Shown here: positions 9,101 to 15,607 of the stretch, one piece after another
Layout: every line of letters begins with the position of its first letter
Position numbering within the stretch: the stretch's first letter is position 1
Assembly: GCF_900107125.1 (NCBI RefSeq)
Contig: NZ_FNOU01000016.1
Location: 52,163-76,162 of the forward strand
DNA from: Eubacterium barkeri
GTDB taxonomy: Bacteria; Bacillota; Clostridia; Eubacteriales; Eubacteriaceae
Reading direction: 5' to 3'
Length of the DNA stretch: 24,000 nt
The notes under the pieces: model-generated
Told to the model about the DNA's origin: nothing
Seen by the model: the letters and a program-made list of their open reading frames with translations, nothing else
The model's database searches: none
Made by a program: the position numbers and the translations under genes

Positions 9101-9955
9101 GTGAATAAAAGAAAGATCAACTGGCTCATTCAGGGAATCTTTATGACCGTGTTGATTATCCTCGAAGTGGTCCCCATGACCTATTTAAATTACTACTATG
9201 TCAAGAATATCCCGGATCGGCAGATTTATATCATGGTATACAGTATGCTGCTTGTTATCTTTGATTTTACCTTGATTTACACCTTCCGGCGTATTAATTT
9301 AAGCTATCAGAAAGAAAATGAGCTTGAGCTCAAGCGACGGGCCGCTGAACTCGAGGCGCATTATTATGAGGATATTGAAAAGCAGCAGGAGGATTACGGC
9401 CACCTTTTTGATGCGATGCGCCGTCAGATCTCCCTGATGGAAGCCCTTAGTGCCAGAGGAGATACCCAGGCGTTACAGCAATGTATGACAACGACCCAGG
9501 ATCTTTTGAAGGCAACGAAGCCACCCTTTACGTGCAGTAACCATACCCTCATGATTGTACTAAGCGATAAATATAAGCGGTGTGTTGCCCTGGGAATTGA
9601 TTTTCAGGTTGACGATGGAACAAGGGGAACCGGTCACTTGTCCGATTTTGATATAACGACGATTTTTGCCAACTTACTGGATAATGCCATTGAGGCATCT
9701 GCAATGGTCGCAGAAGCAAAAATTAGGATAGTATTACGAGAAAAAGGGCAGATGCTGGCTATTACCATTGAGAATCCTTATGATAAAGCACCAGAAGGAA
9801 ACAAGGATGGTTTATTTAAAAGCAGCAAAGAAGATGCCGGCCATGGTTTGGGGTTAAAGAATGTCCAAATGGCGGTAAAGCGGTACGGGGGGAGCATTGA
9901 TTTTGATGCCCGGGATGGATGGTTTATGGTGCGGGTGTTGTTGCCAGTGCTGTAG
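9101..9955 (+). CDS. AgrC-type kinase-like protein with an intact GHKL ATPase domain, only two TM helices and a degenerate His box
   Basis: GTG start 5 nt after GGAGGGAG. N box FANLLDNAIEAS and G box GHGLGLKNV...YGGSI are present. The juxtamembrane segment is paralogous to the upstream truncated kinase, but the H-box position reads YGHLFDAMRRQI, with Asp (GAT 9410-9412) where His is expected. Confidence 0.8.
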   Translation: MNKRKINWLIQGIFMTVLIILEVVPMTYLNYYYVKNIPDRQIYIMVYSMLLVIFDFTLIYTFRRINLSYQKENELELKRRAAELEAHYYEDIEKQQEDYGHLFDAMRRQISLMEALSARGDTQALQQCMTTTQDLLKATKPPFTCSNHTLMIVLSDKYKRCVALGIDFQVDDGTRGTGHLSDFDITTIFANLLDNAIEASAMVAEAKIRIVLREKGQMLAITIENPYDKAPEGNKDGLFKSSKEDAGHGLGLKNVQMAVKRYGGSIDFDARDGWFMVRVLLPVL

Positions 9956-9965
9956 TTTACAGTTT

Positions 9966-11249
9966 TCATTCCGGCATCCCCACCACAATCAAAAACCACC
10001 CATCCTCAATCTGACAGTTTACTGTCCCTCCATAACCTTTGGCGATCTGGCGGATGGTGGACAGGCCAAAACCGTGGTTCCTTTGGTCGGCCTTGGTGGT
10101 TTTGGTTAGACTTTCATTAATTGTCGGGTTTTGACAAGTAATGTACAGTGTTTTGAGTTTAGCATCAAAGGATATTTTGAAAGTGATGGCTGGATCCGTG
10201 ATGGCGCAATGCTCGGTGGCTTCGATGGCATTATCTAAAATATTGGCGCAAATAAAGGACAAATCCAGCTCATCAATCTGATTATTTTCTTGTTCGGGAA
10301 GCGTAATGAGTGTGTTGATCAGGATACCTTTGTTTTTAGCGTTTCGGATTTTAGTGGACAGGACGGCATCCAGCCCTGGATAGCCGGTAAGGGCTAAATA
10401 ATCCTGTTCTGTAACAGTATGGGTGAGAGTGCTGATTAAATCGTTACATTCAGCTAATTTTCCAGCTTTTATCAGTCCGGACAAATGGGAGAGACTGGCG
10501 TTTAAATCATGGCGAATGCGTCGGATTTCATTTTGAGATTGGAGCATATCCGCCTGGTGAAGGCGCTGTGTTTCAATGGTTTTTTCTAAAAATTGGTTAC
10601 GTTGTTTGTCCAGCTCAGAGTCAATGGTATGATTGATGATGTTGATCAGAAGAAGGTTTGATATAAAGACCAGGATAATAATAATAAAACAGAGAGCATA
10701 GGAAACGGTCTCTGAGCCATTTCGGAATATTGCCCACATTAAAAGTGTTAAGATACACAAAGAACAAATCGGATAAAAGACAAGGAGAATATTCTTAGAG
10801 AGGAGTCCCTTCCGTTCTTTGGTCACACGAATAAAGGAAATGAGCATAAAAAAGATGACACTGGTCAGCAGAACCTGAATGACCGTATAAGTGTTTTCCA
10901 CGTTGGTGAAAAAATAAGTCATAGAGATATTGAGTACATTGAGGACAAGGGCTGAAAGAAATTCTGCAACTGAAGTAATAATAATGATTGCCAATGAAAA
11001 GAGGAGCCTTTGCGTTAATGAACATCGATAAAACAGAGTGATTAATAGTATATCACCAATACTGACGATGAGGGATAATACAGCGTGAGCCTGTAAATAA
11101 AACAAAGATTGGGCTAACCCAATGGAGACCAGGAGCATGAAGAGATAGGGAAAAATACTATTACGAATACTCTTCGGCTGACAGAGTACATCAAATCCCA
11201 AAAAGGTGACATAGGTTTTTAGACAAAGGGCAATGGTCAAAAATAGCAT
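9966..11249 (-). CDS. agrC: Full-length AgrC-like sensor histidine kinase (HPK10, GHKL ATPase)
   Basis: Six or seven TM helices, H-box EIRRIRHDLNASLSHL, N box ICANILDNAIEA and G box NHGFGLSTIRQIAKGYGGTV. I prefer the ATG at 11249 (GGAG 6 nt upstream) over the ORF-track TTG at 11261. Confidence 0.85.
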   Translation of the reverse strand: MLFLTIALCLKTYVTFLGFDVLCQPKSIRNSIFPYLFMLLVSIGLAQSLFYLQAHAVLSLIVSIGDILLITLFYRCSLTQRLLFSLAIIIITSVAEFLSALVLNVLNISMTYFFTNVENTYTVIQVLLTSVIFFMLISFIRVTKERKGLLSKNILLVFYPICSLCILTLLMWAIFRNGSETVSYALCFIIIILVFISNLLLINIINHTIDSELDKQRNQFLEKTIETQRLHQADMLQSQNEIRRIRHDLNASLSHLSGLIKAGKLAECNDLISTLTHTVTEQDYLALTGYPGLDAVLSTKIRNAKNKGILINTLITLPEQENNQIDELDLSFICANILDNAIEATEHCAITDPAITFKISFDAKLKTLYITCQNPTINESLTKTTKADQRNHGFGLSTIRQIAKGYGGTVNCQIEDGWFLIVVGMPE

Positions 11250-11278
11250 TAGAAACTCCAAACTTTTCTTTTTCTTAA

Positions 11279-11307
11279 ATTATAACCAGGAAATCTAAAA
11301 AATTCAA
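11279..11307 (-). promoter_or_regulatory. Candidate sigma-A promoter for the agrC-like gene
   Basis: Minus strand reads TTGAAT (complement of 11302-11307), a 17-nt spacer, then TATAAT (complement of 11279-11284), about 30 nt upstream of the ATG at 11249. Confidence 0.55.
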
Positions 11308-11345
11308 TTCATTATGACGAAAAACTTTACGATTAGGCAAGGGGG

Positions 11346-11373
11346 TTGGCTTTTTAGAAAAAGGTGATAAAAT
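11346..11373 (+). promoter_or_regulatory. Candidate promoter for agrD-agrB
   Basis: TTGGCT (11346-11351), 16-nt spacer, then extended -10 TGATAAAAT (11365-11373). It lies about 30 nt upstream of the agrD ATG. Confidence 0.35.
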
Positions 11374-11405
11374 AGATTTAAAATATTGACCATCGGGAGG
11401 TTATT

Positions 11406-11564
11406 ATGAAATTGAAAAGTTTAAAAGCAGCCGTTTTGAAACATGCCTGTTGGCTCTCTGCTTTAGTCGTTCTGTTGGCCCAGAATTCAGATACGTGTTT
11501 TTTTATTTCCCACCAACCTAAGTTACCGGAAGGTGCAAAAGATTTTTTCATTGATGAATTATGA
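11406..11564 (+). CDS. agrD: AgrD-type cyclic-lactone autoinducing peptide precursor (52 aa; not in the supplied ORF track)
   Basis: ATG at 11406 with GGGAGG (11395-11400) 5 nt upstream. My translation: MKLKSLKAAVLKHACWLSALVVLLAQNSDTCFFISHQPKLPEGAKDFFIDEL. It has a basic/hydrophobic leader, Cys31 (TGT 11496-11498) heading the 5-residue segment CFFIS, then an HQPxxPE acidic tail. The TGA stop (11562-11564) overlaps the agrB ATG (11561-11563). Confidence 0.75.
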   Translation: MKLKSLKAAVLKHACWLSALVVLLAQNSDTCFFISHQPKLPEGAKDFFIDEL

Positions 11565-12151
11565 TTAAACAATGGGGCCAGCAGATGGCGGCGGTGTGTT
11601 GCCGGGAAGGGGTACTTAAGGAAAAAAACCGTGAAGCCATTGCCTTTGGCTTTGAGGAGTTAATCTTCGTACTCATCAATCTTGTGGTCATTGCCACGAT
11701 TGCAGCGTTCACCCAGGCGTTACTAAATGCCCTCATTTTCTGCGTTATCTACTTGTCCCTTGTTCGGCTTGTTGGGATTTATCATGCAAAAACCCGGAAG
11801 GGATGCTTCATCAAGACCATGATTGTCTTTGTAGCCTATCTTCTGATTATGAGAGGGGTACCCTCGGATTATTATGTCATTGGCAGCCTGGGAAGCTTTT
11901 TATTCTATCTGATAACAGCCTGGTCCCTGACTCCTGTCATGCATATCGATAAGCCCCTGACGGAGGAGCAAAAGGCCCTTAATCGAAAAAAGGCTCTGAT
12001 CTATTCCATGGTTTTTGTCGCAATTGGAGGGGTGTTTTTCATGGTGGGGTGGTGGCAGCCGTTATTTGCCATGGCGGTCACTCTGGATATGGTGGCATTG
12101 ATGGCGATTTTGGGCTATCTGTTCAATGAACGGGCACCCATTGAAGTCTAG
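11561..12151 (+). CDS. agrB: AgrB-family membrane peptidase (autoinducer precursor processing)
   Basis: 196 aa polytopic membrane protein. It carries the AgrB catalytic pair in GIYHAKTRKGC (His75, Cys82), 7 residues apart as recalled for S. aureus AgrB His77/Cys84. It is translationally coupled to the agrD-like ORF. Confidence 0.85.
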   Translation: MIKQWGQQMAAVCCREGVLKEKNREAIAFGFEELIFVLINLVVIATIAAFTQALLNALIFCVIYLSLVRLVGIYHAKTRKGCFIKTMIVFVAYLLIMRGVPSDYYVIGSLGSFLFYLITAWSLTPVMHIDKPLTEEQKALNRKKALIYSMVFVAIGGVFFMVGWWQPLFAMAVTLDMVALMAILGYLFNERAPIEV

Positions 12152-12180
12152 TGGATGCCGCTAAATTTGTCGTTTACTTA

Positions 12181-12228
12181 AAAATAAGGGATTGTCCCGG
12201 GGGTAAGTACTCCCAGGGCAGTCCCTTT
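12181..12228. terminator. Long bidirectional hairpin terminator between agrB (+) and hisIE (-)
   Basis: 18-position stem pairing 12186-12203 with 12210-12227 (14 Watson-Crick pairs, 3 G-U, 1 mismatch), with 6-nt loop TAAGTA. The minus strand continues with TTATTTTTAAG (good U-tract for the his operon). The plus strand continues with only TTTAT. Confidence 0.7.
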
Positions 12229-12238
12229 ATGCGTTGGC

Positions 12239-12919
12239 TTAGTATTCCCGTTTACGCCTATTGGTATGGCGTTTTGTCAAGACTTCAAAGAGCTCATCGT
12301 AGGTGACGCCTTGGTTGTTGAGCAAAACCGCTAAATGGTAGAGGAGGTCCGAGGCTTCGTAACGCAGCTCCTCGGGATCGTTATTCTTGGCGGCGATGAT
12401 GGTTTCCGCGGACTCTTCACCAATTTTTTTACAAATTTTATCTACTCCTTCCCGGAAAAGGTAGTTGGTATAGGAGCCCTCCACGGGATTCTCCCGACGC
12501 TCTTTAATTTGTGCGGCCAGGTCGTGGAGAATAGTGATATTTCCCTTGTTTGCAGCATCGTCGATCATCAGGTTGCGGTAAAAGCAGCTGGTATGGCCGG
12601 TATGGCAGGCGGGACCAGCGGGGAGGACCTGGAGGAGCAGGGTATCGCCATCGCAGTCATAATCGATGGAGACGACCTGCTGGATATTGCCGGAGGTTTC
12701 ACCCTTTATCCACAATTCCCCTCGGCTGCGGCTCCAGAAGGTGGCTTTCTTTGTTGCCAGGGTGCGTTTTAAGGCGTCTTCATTCATCCAGGCCATCATG
12801 AGCACCTCCCGGGTGCGATAATCCTGGACAATGGCGGGAATCAGCCCCGCATCGTTGTATTTCAGTTCAATGTCTTCAAGTTTCAATTTCATTCTTCTTT
12901 CTTTTGTAAAATCGTACAT
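12239..12919 (-). CDS. hisI: Bifunctional phosphoribosyl-AMP cyclohydrolase / phosphoribosyl-ATP pyrophosphatase
   Basis: HisI part (GLIPAIVQD, metal-binding [10 protein letters not shown]) fused to a HisE part ([22 protein letters not shown]). The ATG at 12919 overlaps the hisF stop by 1 nt (TAATG). The in-frame Met 9 codons downstream (MKLKLEDI) is an alternative start. Confidence 0.92.
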   Translation of the reverse strand: MYDFTKERRMKLKLEDIELKYNDAGLIPAIVQDYRTREVLMMAWMNEDALKRTLATKKATFWSRSRGELWIKGETSGNIQQVVSIDYDCDGDTLLLQVLPAGPACHTGHTSCFYRNLMIDDAANKGNITILHDLAAQIKERRENPVEGSYTNYLFREGVDKICKKIGEESAETIIAAKNNDPEELRYEASDLLYHLAVLLNNQGVTYDELFEVLTKRHTNRRKREY

Positions 12920-13683
12920 TACCGTTGGACCGGACGCATGGCCAGGCCCTGGGTTCCTAAATAATCCTTTAAATCAGGGATGGGGATTTCCTTATAATGG
13001 AATACCGAGGCAGCCAGGGCAGCATCGGCACCGACCTTGAGGACATCTGCAAAATCCTTGGGCTTTCCGGCACCGCCGGAGGCGATGACGGGAATGGTGA
13101 GGGTTTCAGACAAAAGGCGGTTGAGCTCCAGGTCATAGCCCTGTTTCACCCCGTCGGTATCGATGGAGTTAATACAGATTTCCCCAGCGCCTAAAGCCTG
13201 GCCCTGCACAGCCCAGGCAATGGCGTCAATACCGGTGTTTTCCCGGCCCCCCTTAACATAGACATCCCAGGAGCCGGCGGCATTTCGTTTGGCATCGATG
13301 GAAAGGACGACGCATTGGTTGCCGAATTTCAGGGCTGCATCCCGAATGAGCTGGGGATTCCGGACGGCTGAGGAATTGACGGAAACCTTGTCGGCACCAG
13401 CCATGAGGACCTTACGAAAGTCCTCGACCTTGCTGATGCCGCCGCCAATGGTAAAGGGAATCCGAATGGCCTCGGCCACCCCTTCGACGATATTGAGGAA
13501 GATGTCCCGCTCTTCGTAGGAGGCGGTGATATCATAGAAAACCAGTTCATCGGCCCCCTGTTCAGAATAGTACCGTCCCAGCTCAATGGGATCGGCAACA
13601 TCCTGGATGTCTTTGAATTTTTTTCCCTTGACCACCCGGCCGTGGTCCACGTCCAGGCAAGGGATCAGGCGTTTGGTCAGCAT
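12919..13683 (-). CDS. hisF: Imidazole glycerol phosphate synthase, cyclase subunit
   Basis: 254 aa TIM-barrel with [16 protein letters not shown] and ASGGAG motifs. The start overlaps the hisA stop (ATGCTGA). Confidence 0.95.
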   Translation of the reverse strand: MLTKRLIPCLDVDHGRVVKGKKFKDIQDVADPIELGRYYSEQGADELVFYDITASYEERDIFLNIVEGVAEAIRIPFTIGGGISKVEDFRKVLMAGADKVSVNSSAVRNPQLIRDAALKFGNQCVVLSIDAKRNAAGSWDVYVKGGRENTGIDAIAWAVQGQALGAGEICINSIDTDGVKQGYDLELNRLLSETLTIPVIASGGAGKPKDFADVLKVGADAALAASVFHYKEIPIPDLKDYLGTQGLAMRPVQR

Positions 13684-14396
13684 GAAGGGGCCCCCTTAAG
13701 GTAGGCGGCTAAATCGATGGTGCCTTCATAAATGGCCTTTCCGGTGATAGCACCATAGAGATCCATGGCGGCCAGGCGGTCGAGATGGGCGGTGGAGGCA
13801 ATGCCCCCAGAGGCGATGATATCCATCTGGAGATGGGCGTTCAACACCCTTAGCATCTCAAAATTAGGGCCGGTCATCATACCGTCCTTGGAAATATCGG
13901 TGTATACCAAGGTGGAGAGGCCGATTTTTTCGAGCTTGGTGGCCAGCTCCAGGGCTTCCATATCACTGCTTTCCACCCATCCCTCGGTGCAGACCATGCC
14001 GTCCTTGGCATCGATGGAGACGCAGATTGCGTCGTCATAGAGATTAATGAGCTTTTCGATGAAGGCGAAGTCCTTAATGGCCTGGGTACCAATGATAATT
14101 CGGGACACCCCGATATCCATGTACATTTCGGCGATTTCCAGATTGCGGATGCCGCCACCCAGCTCGATGGGAATATTCAAAGCCTCCACAATGCTTTGAA
14201 TGGTCTTTAGATTTTTAGGCTTCCCCTCAAAGGCACCATCTAAATCCACCAGGTGCAGGTATTCGGCTCCCTGGTCCTGGAAGCGCATTGCCACTTCGAC
14301 AGGGTCCTTAAAATAGACGGTTTCGGCATCTTTAACACCTTGCTGCAAACGGACGCATTGTCCGTTTTTAATATCGATAGCGGGTAATACGATCAT
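13677..14396 (-). CDS. hisA: ProFAR isomerase (1-(5-phosphoribosyl)-5-[(5-phosphoribosylamino)methylideneamino]imidazole-4-carboxamide isomerase)
   Basis: N-terminus [16 protein letters not shown], plus DLDGA and ASGGI motifs. I prefer the ATG at 14396, which forms an ATGA overlap with the hisH stop and has AAGGAG 8 nt upstream. The ORF-track start at 14405 is 3 codons longer. Confidence 0.93.
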   Translation of the reverse strand: MIVLPAIDIKNGQCVRLQQGVKDAETVYFKDPVEVAMRFQDQGAEYLHLVDLDGAFEGKPKNLKTIQSIVEALNIPIELGGGIRNLEIAEMYMDIGVSRIIIGTQAIKDFAFIEKLINLYDDAICVSIDAKDGMVCTEGWVESSDMEALELATKLEKIGLSTLVYTDISKDGMMTGPNFEMLRVLNAHLQMDIIASGGIASTAHLDRLAAMDLYGAITGKAIYEGTIDLAAYLKGAPSC

Positions 14397-15001
14397 TTGA
14401 TACACTCCTTAAAATTTTGCAATAGCTTCCTTCCCACTCCGGCACTTTTTTCAGGGTGGAACTGCATTCCGATGACATTATCCCGTCTGACGATACCGGG
14501 GACCTTAGCGGAATAGTCGGCATAGGCCACCACATCCTCAAAATTTTGGGGGATGGCGTAGTAGGAATGGACGAAATAGACATAATCCTCTGGGGTGAGG
14601 CCCCAGGCGATGGGGTCTTCCCGATTAATGGTCAGGTTATTCCAACCCATATGGGGGATTTTAAGCCCCGGGGCATCAAAGCGGACCACCTCACCGGGAA
14701 TATACCCTAAGCCCCCATTTTCACCATCCTCATAGCTTTTATCGAAGAGGACCTGCATCCCCAGGCAAATCCCCATGAGGATTTTGCCCGAGGCCACATT
14801 TCGGTTCAGTGGGGAGAGCAGGTTGTAGGCATCCAGGTTTTTCATGGCATCGGCAAAGGCCCCAACACCGGGGAGGATGATGGCATCGGCATCGTCCATC
14901 ACCTGGGGGTTCCGGGTGATGACGCTGCTAAGTCCCACATCCTTTAGGGCGGTATGAACATTTTTCAAGTTTCCAACATCGTAGTCAATAATGGCAATCA
15001 T
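14393..15001 (-). CDS. hisH: Imidazole glycerol phosphate synthase, glutamine amidotransferase subunit
   Basis: 202 aa. IAIIDYDVGNL, nucleophile Cys in GICLGMQ, and the HSY and FHPEKS motifs of class-I glutaminases. Confidence 0.95.
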   Translation of the reverse strand: MIAIIDYDVGNLKNVHTALKDVGLSSVITRNPQVMDDADAIILPGVGAFADAMKNLDAYNLLSPLNRNVASGKILMGICLGMQVLFDKSYEDGENGGLGYIPGEVVRFDAPGLKIPHMGWNNLTINREDPIAWGLTPEDYVYFVHSYYAIPQNFEDVVAYADYSAKVPGIVRRDNVIGMQFHPEKSAGVGRKLLQNFKECIK

Positions 15002-15019
15002 AATCTGCTCCTGTCTGCT

Positions 15020-15607
15020 TTATTCGATGATTCCCTTGGTGCTGGGAATTCCTGGGTTTTCAGGGTCCAGGGTGACGGCCTCCTTGAGGGTTCGGCCAAA
15101 GCCTTTAAAGATACCCTCAACGATATGATGGTTGTTCCGGCCATAGAGGGAGGTGACATGGATGGTCATCCTGGCATTGTGGGTGAAGGCGATGAAAAAT
15201 TCTTCCAGCATCTCCGTTTCAAAATCACCGATGTATTCCCGGGTAAGGGGGACATCCCAAACCAAGGTGGCACGACCGCTGATGTCGATACAGATGCGGC
15301 ACAGGGCCTCATCCATGGGGGTGAACTGAAAGGCATAGCGATTGATGCCAGCCTTATCGCCCAGTGCTTTGGCGAAGGCCTGACCCAGCAGGATACCGAT
15401 ATCCTCCAAAGCATGGTGGTTATCCACCCCATCACCGGTGGCAGAAAGGTTTAAGTCAAAATGACCGTGCTTGGTAAAAAGGACCATCATGTGGTCAAAA
15501 AAGGGAACGCCGGTTTCCACGGTACATTGGCCCGTTCCATCCAGATCCAGGGTCAGGGCAATTTGGGTTTCGGCGGTTTCCCGGCTTAGGCTGATTTTAC
15601 GCGTCAT
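15020..15607 (-). CDS. hisB: Imidazoleglycerol-phosphate dehydratase
   Basis: 195 aa. SRETAET start and His-rich metal motifs (FFDHMM, NHHALEDIG, NNHHIVEGIFKGFG). GGGAGG lies 9 nt upstream of the ATG. Confidence 0.95.
   Translation of the reverse strand: MTRKISLSRETAETQIALTLDLDGTGQCTVETGVPFFDHMMVLFTKHGHFDLNLSATGDGVDNHHALEDIGILLGQAFAKALGDKAGINRYAFQFTPMDEALCRICIDISGRATLVWDVPLTREYIGDFETEMLEEFFIAFTHNARMTIHVTSLYGRNNHHIVEGIFKGFGRTLKEAVTLDPENPGIPSTKGIIE

Noticed and set aside
9076-9108. 10-codon mini-ORF MEIIVGGRSE between the regulator and the second kinase, as a possible signalling peptide
   Set aside because: It has no RBS. It overlaps the SD and GTG start of the downstream gene, and it has no Cys/Ser ring motif or leader typical of pheromone precursors.
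11308-11345. ACGA-containing half-repeats (TTATGACGA / TTTACGATTA) between the agrC and agrDB promoters as LytTR binding sites
   Set aside because: The repeats are only about 13 nt apart start-to-start and share few positions. They do not fit the 9-bp repeat with 12-13-bp spacer geometry of AgrA/ComE-type sites. I left them as unproven rather than calling a feature.
11378-11572. 64-aa ORF on the minus strand listed in the ORF track, covering the agrC/agrB intergenic region
   Set aside because: It has no RBS and no recognisable family. It is the antisense shadow of the far better supported agrD-like frame on the plus strand, which has a GGGAGG RBS, an AgrD-type sequence layout and translational coupling to agrB.
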